Part shown: in pieces, positions 18,546 to 28,625 of the stretch
Numbering within the stretch: position 1 is the first letter of the stretch
Layout: every line of letters starts with the position of its first letter
From: Eubacteriales bacterium
Lineage (GTDB): Bacteria > Bacillota > Clostridia > Oscillospirales > CAG-272
Length of the DNA: 64,000 bases
Assembly (NCBI GenBank): GCA_045659905.1
Contig: JAZRCT010000039.1
Location: forward strand, 8,331 to 72,330
Direction of reading: 5' to 3'
The notes under the pieces: generated by a model
Database searches by the model: none
What the model saw: the letters and a program-made list of their open reading frames with translations, nothing else
What the model was told of the DNA's origin: nothing
Made by a program: the position numbers and the translations under genes

Positions 18546-19499
18546 TTAAAAAGAACTTATTTTGCTCCCAATGCTCTTGCGAGCCTTATCCGCTATATTC
18601 TTTGAGGTAAGTCCGTATATTTCAAGAAGCGCAGGAACGTTGCCGCTTCTGCCATAGGCATCCTCAACGCCTACTCTAAATACCGGCACAGGACAGCTCT
18701 CACAAAGAGCCTCGCAAACCGCAGAGCCAAGTCCGCCGATTACGCTATGCTCCTCAGCGCATACGACAGCGCCCGTCTTTCTTGCCGAGGACACTATGAT
18801 TTCCTTATCGAGAGGCTTTATCGTGTGAATATTGATAACCTCTGCGCTGATGCCCTCTTCCTTAAGAATATCCGCAGCTTCAAGCGCAAGATGCACCATA
18901 TATCCGGTAGCAACGATGGTAACATCGCTGCCCTCACGCATAAGCACGCCCTTGCCAAGCTCGAATTTGTAATCCTTGACAGATGATGTGATATTAGGAA
19001 CGGCAAAGCGTCCGAATCTCAGGTACATAGGACCATAGGTATTTATAGCAGCCTCAACCGCAAGGTAGGCTTCGTCCGCATCGGCAGGGTTGATAACCGT
19101 CATACCGGGAATTGTGCGCATAAGCGCTATATCCTCGTTGCACTGATGGGTTGCGCCGTCCTCACCTACGGTGATACCTGCGTGAGTTGCACCGATTTTT
19201 ACGTTAAGATGGGGGTATCCTATCGAATTTCTTACCTGCTCGAATGCTCTGCCTGCCGCAAACATTGCAAAGGTAGATGCAAATACCGTCTTGCCCGTAG
19301 CCGCAATTCCTGCCGCTACGCTCATCATATTGCCCTCTGCTATACCGCAGTCAAAAAATCTTTCGGGAAACTTCTTCTTGAACATTCCCGTCTTGGTAGC
19401 CGCAGCAAGGTCTGCGTCAAGAACGAGGAAATCGTATTTTTCTCCGAGAGTAGCAAGCGCCTGACCGTAGCTCTCCCTGGTAGCCTTCTTATCTGCCAT
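18546..19499 (-). CDS. Transketolase, C-terminal subunit
   Basis: GIAEGNMMSVAAG, GEDGATHQ, pyrimidine-binding and C-terminal domains. Confidence 0.93.
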   Translation of the reverse strand: MADKKATRESYGQALATLGEKYDFLVLDADLAAATKTGMFKKKFPERFFDCGIAEGNMMSVAAGIAATGKTVFASTFAMFAAGRAFEQVRNSIGYPHLNVKIGATHAGITVGEDGATHQCNEDIALMRTIPGMTVINPADADEAYLAVEAAINTYGPMYLRFGRFAVPNITSSVKDYKFELGKGVLMREGSDVTIVATGYMVHLALEAADILKEEGISAEVINIHTIKPLDKEIIVSSARKTGAVVCAEEHSVIGGLGSAVCEALCESCPVPVFRVGVEDAYGRSGNVPALLEIYGLTSKNIADKARKSIGSKISSF

Positions 19500-19514
19500 T
19501 TCAGTATCCTCCTA

Positions 19515-20354
19515 TCACTTTAAGCTCTCGGCGATTTTGCTGAGGTCGTCGATAGCGACCTTGTAAAGGTCTTCCTTGGGAGCTTGTCCGTGCCATTCGC
19601 AGGAATCCTCCATATAAGAAACGCCCTTGCCCTTTACAGATTTTGCTATAATGGCAGTAGGCTTACCCTTGACCGTCCTCGCCTCGGCAAAAGCCGCTTC
19701 AATTTCGTCAAAATTGTGGGCATCGATAACGATAACGTGCCAGCCAAAGGCTCTGAACTTCTCGTCGTGAGGAGTGGGATTCATAACCTCGGTGATTCTT
19801 CCGTCAATCTGAAGACCGTTAAGGTCGAGAACGCATACGAGATTGTCAAGCTTGTAGTGAGCTGCAAACATTGCTGCCTCCCAAACCTGCCCTTCCTCGC
19901 TCTCGCCGTCGCCGATAACAGTATAAACACGGTAATCTTTACCGTAGGTCTTGCCGCTGAGCGCCATACCGCACGCAGTGGATATTCCAAGTCCAAGTGA
20001 GCCCGTCGACATATCTACTCCGGGTACACCCTTCATATCGGGATGTCCCTGAAGTCTTGAATCAACCTTACGGAGAGTCTTGAGCTCCTCCTTGTCAAAA
20101 AATCCCTTTTGAGCAAGAACCGAGTAAAGTGCGGGTGCTGTATGTCCCTTAGAAAGAACGAATCTGTCTCTGTCCTCCCACTTCGGATTTTTGGGGTCTA
20201 CTTTCATTTCCTCAAAATAGAGGTAGGTCATAATATCGGCAATGGAAAGCGAGCCGCCCGGATGTCCGCATCCTGCGCTGTAAACGCCCTCTATAATACC
20301 GAATCGAACGTCATTTGCAAGCCTTGCAAGTGCAACTCTTTTCGAATTGTCCAT
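19515..20354 (-). CDS. Transketolase, N-terminal subunit
   Basis: GHPGGSLS, DRFVLSKGH, TPP motif GDGESEEG...N. Confidence 0.94.
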   Translation of the reverse strand: MDNSKRVALARLANDVRFGIIEGVYSAGCGHPGGSLSIADIMTYLYFEEMKVDPKNPKWEDRDRFVLSKGHTAPALYSVLAQKGFFDKEELKTLRKVDSRLQGHPDMKGVPGVDMSTGSLGLGISTACGMALSGKTYGKDYRVYTVIGDGESEEGQVWEAAMFAAHYKLDNLVCVLDLNGLQIDGRITEVMNPTPHDEKFRAFGWHVIVIDAHNFDEIEAAFAEARTVKGKPTAIIAKSVKGKGVSYMEDSCEWHGQAPKEDLYKVAIDDLSKIAESLK

Positions 20355-20389
20355 TTCGTTCTCTCCTTAGAATTATTTATTTCTATAAT

Positions 20390-20418
20390 ATTTTACAATA
20401 AAATATTTTAATTGTCAA
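20390..20418 (-). promoter_or_regulatory. sigma-A promoter of the transketolase genes
   Basis: Minus strand TTGACA-N17-TAAAAT. Confidence 0.65.
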
Positions 20419-20524
20419 CACTGTAACCGCTATTTTTGTAGATATTGGTAAGATTTTTTCGCAAGCACTTTATGCTGCAAGTACGAAAAAAAAGACCGTC
20501 CTGAAAACCAAGACGGTCGATTAT

Positions 20525-21247
20525 TTAATATCTGACTCTCGTCTTGTACTGGAATATAAATCCAAGCACGCCTACGAGAAGTATAAGCACGAGTTCTGCA
20601 ACCCAGCCGAACTCTCCAAGGAAGCCGAGCGCTCTGTAATCGAAAAGAGCGATTATAGACTTCGAGAGGAAATATCCGCCAAGAACAGACGTACCAAACA
20701 TTTCAAGGTACTTGCGAAGCACAAGCGCAAGAACTATGAATGCCGCAGCGATAACGATAGCTATGAAATAATTGCCCTTTGTGATAGGAGCCAAAAATTC
20801 TATGTAAAGACCGCTGAAAGACAAGAGATATCCCGTATAACCTGCGGCAAGAACGTAGAATAAAACGTATATAAACTTGCAAAGCACCGCCGCAACGATG
20901 GCAATGACCGCACCCGATATGTAATCAGGCAAGGTAAATATCTGATTGATAAGCGGCGATATGTAGGTAGCTCCAACGCAATATCCTATCAATACGCAGA
21001 ACAAGAATTTCTGAAAATTGAGGATTCGCTTACCGCACAAAATCTCCACAATGGAAAGAAGAATTATAATGAACGGGACTACTGCAGAAATCCCCGAAAG
21101 CGCCGAGGTGATACCGTTCCATATATAAGATACCGAGGGACTTTGCGCCATTGCACCAAAGGTGCTTCTGAAAAATTCTCCGATACTCTCGAAGGTAAAT
21201 TCAGCATGTACCACAGAAGCGAAAAACGCACCGATTTGCTCAAACAT
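20525..21247 (-). CDS. Multi-pass membrane protein (DUF4203/TMEM198-like)
   Basis: About 7 hydrophobic segments, GTSVLGGY and ...FIFQYK C-terminal pattern; start taken at ATG 21247. Confidence 0.65.
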   Translation of the reverse strand: MFEQIGAFFASVVHAEFTFESIGEFFRSTFGAMAQSPSVSYIWNGITSALSGISAVVPFIIILLSIVEILCGKRILNFQKFLFCVLIGYCVGATYISPLINQIFTLPDYISGAVIAIVAAVLCKFIYVLFYVLAAGYTGYLLSFSGLYIEFLAPITKGNYFIAIVIAAAFIVLALVLRKYLEMFGTSVLGGYFLSKSIIALFDYRALGFLGEFGWVAELVLILLVGVLGFIFQYKTRVRY

Positions 21248-21498
21248 AACCTTAAGCCTTCCTTTCTTACAATGCAATATAAATGCAATCGTATAGATTA
21301 TATCACACAAAATATAAAAAATCAAGCGGTAAAGAAAAATTTAGAGCTTTTTTTGAGGTCTAATGAAAAAAGCTGTCGAATTATTGGAAAATTATTTCAA
21401 ATTTTACTTATTTTCCTTTTGAGAAAGTATGATTAAAAACAGATAAAAACCGCCAAATATGACAACTTTAGCTATCATATACGACGGTTATTATAATA

Positions 21499-23400
21499 TT
21501 ATTCCAACTCAAACGCTCCTGTGTAAAGCTGATAATAAGTTCCTCGCTCGGCAATCAGCTTTTCGTGGCTGCCTCGCTCTATTATCCTACCCTTTTCAAG
21601 CACCATAATCACGTCGGAGTTCCTGACAGTGGAAAGTCTGTGGGCTATTACGAAAACGGTTCTGCCCTCCATAAGCTTATCCATTCCTCTCTGTACTATT
21701 GCCTCGGTCCTGGTATCTATTGACGAGGTTGCCTCGTCGAGTATCATTACGGGCGGGTCGGCTACTGCCGCTCTTGCGATAGCGATAAGCTGCCTTTGAC
21801 CTTGAGAAAGATTGGCGCCGTTATTCTGAAGCTCCGTACTATATCCGTCGGGCAATCTTCTTATAAAGTCGTCAGCGCCTGCCAGCCTTGCGGCGGCAAT
21901 GCACTCCTCGTCGGACGCCTCAAGCTTTCCGTACCTTATATTATCCATTACAGTACCGAAGAAAAGATTGGTCTCCTGAAGCACGATACCGAGAGAGCGT
22001 CTTAAATCGCTCTTTTTGATTTTATTTATATTTATTCCATCATAGCGGATTTTGCCGTCGGCTATATCGTAGAAGCGGTTTATCAGGTTGGTTATAGTGG
22101 TCTTACCTGCTCCCGTTGCTCCAACGAAGGCAACCTTTTGTCCCGGTTCGGCATAGACGTCTATATTGTATAGCACCTGCTTATTTTCGTCGTAGCCAAA
22201 ATCGACGTCGTTAAGTCTGACGTCGCCTTTCAGGGGAACGTAGGTTACTTCACCGTTTTCGTGAGGATGACGCCAAGCCCAAAGCCCCGTTCTTTCTTCA
22301 GCCTCGGTAAGACTGCCGTCAGGAAGCTCCCTTGCGTTTACCAGCGTAACGTAGCCGTTATCCTCCTCGGGCTTCTCGTCTATAAGCTCGAAAATTCTGC
22401 CTGCTCCCGCCATAGCCATTACTATCGAATTGATTTGCTGTGACACCTGATTTATATTACCGGTAAACTGCTTCGTCATATTAAGGAACGGAATAATAAT
22501 GCTTATACCAAACGGTATTCCCGAAAGCGAAAGATTGAAAAATCCGTCAATCAGCATAAAAACTCCGCCGACCGTCGCTATAATGACGTACATTATATTT
22601 CCGAGATTCATTATTATAGGCCCCAGCATATTCGCATAAGCATTGGCACGGTAGCTCTGCTCAAAAAGCTCTCCGGCTACTGCCTCAAACTCGGATTTGC
22701 ACTTCTCTTCTCTGCCAAAGACCTTTATAACCTTCTGACCGTTCATCATTTCCTGCGCATAGCCCTCAAGCTCGCCTACCGAGCGCTGAAGCCGCACGAA
22801 ATATTTTGCAGAGCCGCCGCCAAACTTCTTTGATACGAGAAGCATCACCAAAACTCCGACGAGAAGCACGAGGGTAAGCCATATGCTGTAATAAAGCATA
22901 ATGAAAAGCACTGACAGAACTATTATACCCGAGCGCAAAAGCGTAGGCAGCGATTGCGATATGAGCTGTCTCAGAGTATCGACGTCGTTGGTGTAATAGC
23001 TCATTATATCGCCGTGCTTGCGGGTGTCAAAGAACTTTATCGGCAAATCCTGCATACCGTCAAACATTTTACCTCGCATTTTAGCAAGAAAGCCTTGGGT
23101 TATATAGGCGGAAAGCTGAGTCTCTACCGTTATAATTATTATAGAAACAAGATAAATGCAGGCGAGCAGAATAATCATAGGCACGATAGTGGGCGCCGCT
23201 TGCGAAAAGTCGCCAAGCTTTGCGTATTTTTCTATTGCCTCAATTATTCTTTGCATAAAGATTGCGGGGATTGCCGCTACGACTGCGCCGAATATAATGC
23301 TGAATATAGAAATCGGCAAAAGTCTTGGGTATTCCTTAAACAAAAGCTTTATCAGGCGGGAAAGAACGTTCTTTTTACTTACAGATTGATTTTTATTCAT
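21499..23400 (-). CDS. ABC exporter subunit with consensus nucleotide-binding site (heterodimer partner)
   Basis: GATGAGKT, LSQGQRQ, ILDEATSS, AHRLST; start taken at ATG 23400, overlapping the upstream stop. Confidence 0.93.
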   Translation of the reverse strand: MNKNQSVSKKNVLSRLIKLLFKEYPRLLPISIFSIIFGAVVAAIPAIFMQRIIEAIEKYAKLGDFSQAAPTIVPMIILLACIYLVSIIIITVETQLSAYITQGFLAKMRGKMFDGMQDLPIKFFDTRKHGDIMSYYTNDVDTLRQLISQSLPTLLRSGIIVLSVLFIMLYYSIWLTLVLLVGVLVMLLVSKKFGGGSAKYFVRLQRSVGELEGYAQEMMNGQKVIKVFGREEKCKSEFEAVAGELFEQSYRANAYANMLGPIIMNLGNIMYVIIATVGGVFMLIDGFFNLSLSGIPFGISIIIPFLNMTKQFTGNINQVSQQINSIVMAMAGAGRIFELIDEKPEEDNGYVTLVNARELPDGSLTEAEERTGLWAWRHPHENGEVTYVPLKGDVRLNDVDFGYDENKQVLYNIDVYAEPGQKVAFVGATGAGKTTITNLINRFYDIADGKIRYDGININKIKKSDLRRSLGIVLQETNLFFGTVMDNIRYGKLEASDEECIAAARLAGADDFIRRLPDGYSTELQNNGANLSQGQRQLIAIARAAVADPPVMILDEATSSIDTRTEAIVQRGMDKLMEGRTVFVIAHRLSTVRNSDVIMVLEKGRIIERGSHEKLIAERGTYYQLYTGAFELE

Positions 23401-25141
23401 TCTCGTCCGCCTCCTTTGCGCCCTCTGTCTGTCCCTCGTAAACCTCTTTGTAAATTTCAGAGGTAGAAAGAAGCTCCTCGTGCTTTCCTGCGGCAACGAG
23501 CCTTCCACCGTCGAGCACCAAAATCATATCCGAATCCATAACCGAGGAAATGCGCTGGGCTATTATTATCTTCGTGGTCTCGGGAATGAACTCCGAAAGC
23601 CCTTTTCTTATTTGTGCGTCGGTCTTCGTATCAACTGCGCTGGTCGAATCGTCAAGAATGAGTATTTTAGGCTTTTTGAGGAGTGCTCTTGCAATACAAA
23701 GTCTCTGCTTTTGTCCGCCCGACACGTTTGTGCCGCCCTGCTCTATTTTGGTGTCGTAGCCGTCGGGGAAGGAGGAAATAAAGCTATGCGCCTCGGCAAG
23801 CTTGCAGGCTTCTGTCATTTCTTCGTCGGTTGCGTTCTCGTTACCCCATTTCAGATTTTCCTTGATTGTGCCTGAAAAGAGCAAATTCTTTTGTAAGACT
23901 ACCGACACCTCCTTGCGGAGCGAATCTATATCGTAGCGCTTTACGTCGACACCGCCGACCTTAACACAGCCAACGGTAGCATCGTAAAGGCGGGATATCA
24001 GGCTTACTAGGGTGGTTTTGCTTGAGCCGGTTCCTCCGATTATACCAACGACAGCACCCGACGGAATGTGGATATTTATATCGGAAAGCGCATATCTGTC
24101 CGCCATAGCGCTGTATTTGAAGCTTACGCCCTCAAAGTCGACCGAGCCGTCCTTTACCTCGTATATTGGGTTATCACAGTTTTTAAGTGCGGTTTCCTCG
24201 GTAAGCACCTCGTTTATACGCTTAAAGGATTCTGTTGACATCGTAATTATTACGTATATCATAGAGAGCATCATAAGCGACATAAGAATCTGCATACCGT
24301 AGGTAAGCATTGCAGAAATCTGTCCTACGTCGACGCCGCTCGTCCCCTCAATTGCCATTTTAGAGCCTACGAAAAGCACGAATACCATATTGAAATAAAG
24401 GCAAATCTGCATAAGCGGCGTATTTAGCGCTACTATTCGCTCTGCCTTGGTAAAATCACGCTTTATATCCTCTGCCGCCTCGTTGAACTTCTGCTTTTCG
24501 TATTCCTGCCTTGAAAAGCCCTTTACTACCCTGACGCCTCGGACGTTTTCCTCAATAGATTCATTTAAGCGGTCATACTTTTTAAAGACGCTGCGGAATG
24601 CCGGCATCGCCTTTTTAGCGATAACGAGCAGTCCGAATACGAGCACGGGAACTACTACTACAAAAGTGCCTGCAAGTCCGCCGCCCATAACGTACGCCAT
24701 AACTATTGAGAATATGAACATAAGTGGGCTTCTTACCGCTGTTCTTATTATCATCATATACGACATTTGCGCATTATGGACGTCGGTGGTGAGTCTAGTA
24801 ACCAGCGAGGTTGAGGAAAATTTATCTATATTTTCAAACGAATAGGTCTGAATTTTAGAAAACAAATCCACTCTCAAATTCTTCGCAAAGCCCGACGCCG
24901 CCTTTGCACTCGTAAAGCCTGCCACTCCTCCGCAAGCAAGCGAAAGCAGCGCCATTACAATAAGAAGCACGCCGGTAGACAGAACCTCGGAATAATCCGT
25001 GCCGCTCTTTATTTTATTTACTAAATTGGCAGTGATAAAGGGGATAAAGGTCTCTATCGCAGCTTCCCCCACCATAAGAATGAGGGTAACTATACTAAGA
25101 GCCTTGTATTCTCTTACGCTGCCAAGCAAGCGCTTAAGCAT
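23393..25141 (-). CDS. ABC exporter subunit with degenerate nucleotide-binding site (heterodimer partner)
   Basis: GGTGSSKT, VSGGQKQ, ILDDSTSA (Asp at catalytic Glu), AQRISS (Gln at switch His). Confidence 0.93.
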   Translation of the reverse strand: MLKRLLGSVREYKALSIVTLILMVGEAAIETFIPFITANLVNKIKSGTDYSEVLSTGVLLIVMALLSLACGGVAGFTSAKAASGFAKNLRVDLFSKIQTYSFENIDKFSSTSLVTRLTTDVHNAQMSYMMIIRTAVRSPLMFIFSIVMAYVMGGGLAGTFVVVVPVLVFGLLVIAKKAMPAFRSVFKKYDRLNESIEENVRGVRVVKGFSRQEYEKQKFNEAAEDIKRDFTKAERIVALNTPLMQICLYFNMVFVLFVGSKMAIEGTSGVDVGQISAMLTYGMQILMSLMMLSMIYVIITMSTESFKRINEVLTEETALKNCDNPIYEVKDGSVDFEGVSFKYSAMADRYALSDINIHIPSGAVVGIIGGTGSSKTTLVSLISRLYDATVGCVKVGGVDVKRYDIDSLRKEVSVVLQKNLLFSGTIKENLKWGNENATDEEMTEACKLAEAHSFISSFPDGYDTKIEQGGTNVSGGQKQRLCIARALLKKPKILILDDSTSAVDTKTDAQIRKGLSEFIPETTKIIIAQRISSVMDSDMILVLDGGRLVAAGKHEELLSTSEIYKEVYEGQTEGAKEADENE

Positions 25142-25297
25142 AAAAAAATCTCCATTTTCCTGAATTTCAGGATAATTATACCATTGCAAAATGGCAAAGT
25201 CAACTAAATATTTTAAACATTTCCCCTAATATTCTTTTCCATATAGGACGAAATAATCAAGGTTAGATTTATTTTAACAAAAAAATAAAAAATAGCC

Positions 25298-25326
25298 TTG
25301 ACAAACCTACATTTTTCGAGTATAAT
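25298..25326 (+). promoter_or_regulatory. sigma-A promoter of tRNA-Trp
   Basis: Perfect TTGACA-N17-TATAAT. Confidence 0.85.
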
Positions 25327-25338
25327 ATTACGGTACAC

Positions 25339-25414
25339 AGGGGTATAGCTCAGTTGGTAGAGTACTGGTCTCCAAAACCATGGGTCGTGGGTTCGAGTCC
25401 TTCTGCCCCTGCCA
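25339..25414 (+). tRNA. trnW: tRNA-Trp (anticodon CCA)
   Basis: 76 nt, AGGGGTA/TGCCCCT acceptor stem, D-arm AGCTCAGTTGGTAGAGT, anticodon loop CTCCAAA, TTCGA T-loop, encoded CCA end. Confidence 0.97.
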
Positions 25415-25449
25415 AAAAAATCGGCAAGTTTCGACTTGTCGATTTTTTT
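25415..25449 (+). terminator. Intrinsic terminator of tRNA-Trp
   Basis: TCGGCAAGT-TTCG-ACTTGTCGA followed by T7. Confidence 0.85.
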
Positions 25450-25623
25450 ATCCAAGCCGCAGGCTTGGTATGGCATCACGCCTTAGCGTGTATGTAATCG
25501 CCAAAGGCGCATGGCATCACCAAAGGTGCATTTTCTGCGGCTTGATTCCATACGATTGCTTTGCAATCAATTCCATACCGCAACAAGTTGCGGATTCCAT
25601 ACACGCCTTACGGCGTGATTTGC
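25450..25623. repeat. Two-armed array of short hairpins joined by TATGG(A/C)AT linkers (REP/BIME-like, family unrecognised)
   Basis: Seven C...G-closed hairpins; linkers TATGGCAT, TATGTAAT, CATGGCAT on the left and ATTCCATA x3 (the reverse complement) on the right. Confidence 0.75.
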
Positions 25624-25714
25624 TACGTGGGTTTAAGTAAAAATATATATTTCAAGGAAGGCACAAGAAGCTTTACCGATTGCTTAATTAGAAATTTTAG
25701 AGAAAGGGGCTTAT

Positions 25715-26701
25715 ATGCGAGAGCTTAAAATATCTAAAAACGATGCAGGTCAGCGCCTCGATAAATTTATAACCAAAACGCTCGATTTGCCTATGAGCCT
25801 GCTCTATAAATCTATACGCTTAAAGAAAATCAAGGTCAACCGCAAGCGAGCCGAGGTCGGTATGATGCTTTGCGAGGGGGACACGGTTCAGTGCTTTTTG
25901 GCGGAGGAATTTTTCGAGCGCGGCAAGAAGAACGGCGAAGAAAATACAAGGCTCTCACAGCGTGAGCTTTCGTCTATAAGGTCAAAGCTTAATATAGTTT
26001 ACGAAGACGAGAATATAGCTTTGATAAACAAGCCTGTCGGACTTTCGGTGCACGAAGACGAAACGAGCAAGAAAAACACGCTTATTTCATACCTTCAAAG
26101 CTATCTTTACGAAAAGGGTGAATATAATCCAGACAAAGAGCAATCCTTTGCCCCTGCGCTTTGCAACAGACTTGACCGAAACACGGGCGGCATAGTTATT
26201 GCCGCAAAGAATGCCGAAGCGCTCAGGGTAATGAATGAAAAAATCAAGCAAAGAGAGATTGATAAATTCTATCTTGCGGCGGTTCACGGCACGCCGTCAC
26301 CCAAGGAGGCCACACTCAAGGGATATCTTCTTAAGGACGAAAAAAGCAATACGGTAAGAGTGTACGACAAAAATCCTCCAAAGGCCGCTAAGGAAATTAT
26401 AACGAAATACAAGGTTATTGCGACGTCAGGGGGCATATCGCTTATCGAGGTAGAGCTGCTTACAGGCAGAACGCATCAGATAAGAGCGCATATGGCGCAT
26501 ATCGGGCATCCGCTTCTCGGCGACGGCAAATACGGCAAAAATAAAGCAGACCGAGAGCTTGGCTACAAGCATCAGGCTCTTTACTCGTACAAGCTGAGAT
26601 TTTCGTTTAAAAATGATACCAAGAGTGCGCTTGACTATCTTGATGGCAAGGAATTCTCCGTCTCAAAGAAGGATATTTATTTTACAAAGGAATTCTTTTA
26701 A
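25715..26701 (+). CDS. RluA-family pseudouridine synthase with S4 domain (RluC/D type)
   Basis: QRLDKF S4 start, catalytic NRLDRNTGG, TGRTHQIRAH, PLLGDGKYG. Confidence 0.94.
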   Translation: MRELKISKNDAGQRLDKFITKTLDLPMSLLYKSIRLKKIKVNRKRAEVGMMLCEGDTVQCFLAEEFFERGKKNGEENTRLSQRELSSIRSKLNIVYEDENIALINKPVGLSVHEDETSKKNTLISYLQSYLYEKGEYNPDKEQSFAPALCNRLDRNTGGIVIAAKNAEALRVMNEKIKQREIDKFYLAAVHGTPSPKEATLKGYLLKDEKSNTVRVYDKNPPKAAKEIITKYKVIATSGGISLIEVELLTGRTHQIRAHMAHIGHPLLGDGKYGKNKADRELGYKHQALYSYKLRFSFKNDTKSALDYLDGKEFSVSKKDIYFTKEFF

Positions 26702-26879
26702 GACGCTTATAATATTTGCCTTGTCAGCAAGGCGCTTTTTGATACCGCATTCGGCTGCAAGGCTAAAAATAAAGCTTAATCATTCGTATAAATAAAAAGC
26801 ACGCTACGCTTCGCATTGCGGAGAATAGTGTGCTTAATTTTATAATATCTAAAATTTTCTTTGTATCTTAGCGCTGATG

Positions 26880-28121
26880 CTACCCGTCTATAAATTTTGA
26901 ATATCTTCCGTAAGCTAAAAGCGAAAATACAGCTCCAAGCATAGCTATAATTATCCAGGAGCAGGCGGAAGCGCTCCAGCCGATGCCGTCGGCGATAGCT
27001 CCTATGCCGTACATAGATATTGCAGCACCGACGTAGGTGCAGGAATTGGCAAATCCGCTTGCCGTCGCTGCTCTGCCGAATTTTGCAAATCTTGCGGGAA
27101 GACAGGATATGAAAAAGAAATTTATAGCGTGCATACATCCGCAAACCAAGGCGGCAAGAATCAAGCAAACCAGCTTAAATGCCGACTGCTCGAAATTTAT
27201 AAGGATTGCTATCGGTATACAAAGAATAGCTGCGCAGACGAAAAGAATCATTGCGCCTCTGGCTTCATTATTAAAAAGCTTTCTTTTGTGAATCGGCAAA
27301 ATCGACACCGTGCTGATTATCGAAATCACGGGAATTATTGCCGAAACGAGAATTGCCTCCTCGGCGGTAGTGCCAAAGGCTTATCCGTAAAGAGTGGGAA
27401 GCCATGATTCTATGCCGTCACGCAAAAAGCCCATCATTATAATCGAGAAGAAAATCGACACTATACCCGATTTTAAGAATAGCGGCATAAATCCGCCTCG
27501 CTCAGCAGGTCTCGTGTCAGTATTTACTTCATTTGCCTCATTCTTTCCGAGGGTAATAAAAAGCATTGAGATTATGAATATAACAAATACTGTCAGAGAA
27601 AGAATAGATGCTGCAAAGAATACTCCTTGCCAATCAAAGAATTTCACGCATAAAGGCACGAATAAGTAAAGTATTATTGTCGAAATGTGAGCAGAACTCG
27701 TCACTACAAGATTCGCAGTCAAAAATTTATCGCCCGAAAGATTATCGGCAAGTATTCTCACGATAGGCGGCCAGAGCATAGCGTGAGCGAAGCCGTTGAG
27801 CGCCCAGACGGGTATCATAAGAGCCATAGACGGCACGAGGGGCATAACCAAATTGCACAGTGCGGTGGTAAAAAGTCCCGACAGTAAAAGAACCGTCGGC
27901 TTTATTTTATCTCCAAGATAACCGCTTACCAGCTGACCTATGCCGTAGCAAATAAAAAGTCCCATTCCGATAAAGCCCGAAAGCTGCTTATCAAGCACTC
28001 CGTCCCGTAGCATTACTGCCATTACTGCTGCAAAATCTTTCCTTGCAAAATAGCTTACGAAATACACGAGTGCGCAAAGAGCAACTACGGCTATCGCATT
28101 GCTTTTAGTTTTAAGTTTCAA
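26880..28121 (-). pseudogene. MFS transporter (GlpT/UhpT-like) interrupted by one in-frame TAA at 27381-27383
   Basis: The two track ORFs share one frame; ...WLPTLYG*AFGTTAEEAIL... is continuous, 413 codons in total. Confidence 0.75.
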
Positions 28122-28151
28122 ATCGTCACCTCTTTGGAGCTTGCGCTTTCC

Positions 28152-28595
28152 TTATTGCTTACCTGTGCTGCCGAAGCCGCCAACGCCTCGTACGGTGTCG
28201 GAAAGCTCGTCAGCCTCTTCAAAATCCGCCTTAAGAAACGGCACGATTGATATCTGAGCTATACGCTCAAAGCACTCTATTGTAACAGCGATATCTGTGT
28301 GATTATGCAAGGCTACCATTATTTCTCCGCGGTAGTCAGCGTCAACTACTCCTACCTTGTTGGCAGGCGCAAGTCCTCTTTTGCAGGCGAGACCGCTTCT
28401 TGCGAATATAAGTCCTGCATATCCCATTGGTATTTCCATAGAAATTCCGGTATGTACCATAACGGTCTTATGAGGCTCTACCGTTATAGGTGTGTCAGAA
28501 AGCGCATAAAGGTCTGCGCCTGCAGAAAATTCGGTGCCGTAGGTAGGCATTTTAGCTCTTTCGTCGAGCTTTTTGACTTTAATCTTAGTATTCAT
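28152..28595 (-). CDS. dut: dUTP diphosphatase
   Basis: SAGADL, ARSGLA, GVVDADYRGEI, RIAQI, RGVGGFGSTG; start taken at 28595 behind GAGGAG. Confidence 0.96.
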   Translation of the reverse strand: MNTKIKVKKLDERAKMPTYGTEFSAGADLYALSDTPITVEPHKTVMVHTGISMEIPMGYAGLIFARSGLACKRGLAPANKVGVVDADYRGEIMVALHNHTDIAVTIECFERIAQISIVPFLKADFEEADELSDTVRGVGGFGSTGKQ

Positions 28596-28625
28596 ATCAG
28601 TTAACTCCTCTTGCAAATCTTAATG

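Noticed and set aside
18546-20354. Transketolase split into two genes
   Set aside because: Common, established arrangement in Clostridia; each half has its own RBS
21499-25141. Degenerate ATPase motifs in one ABC subunit
   Set aside because: Expected feature of TmrAB/EfrCD-type heterodimeric exporters
25213-25640. ORFs 25213-25479 and 25380-25640
   Set aside because: Spurious translations across the tRNA, its terminator and the hairpin array
25339-25700. tRNA-Trp as an integration site for an island or prophage
   Set aside because: No integrase, no duplicated tRNA 3' end, and housekeeping genes on both sides
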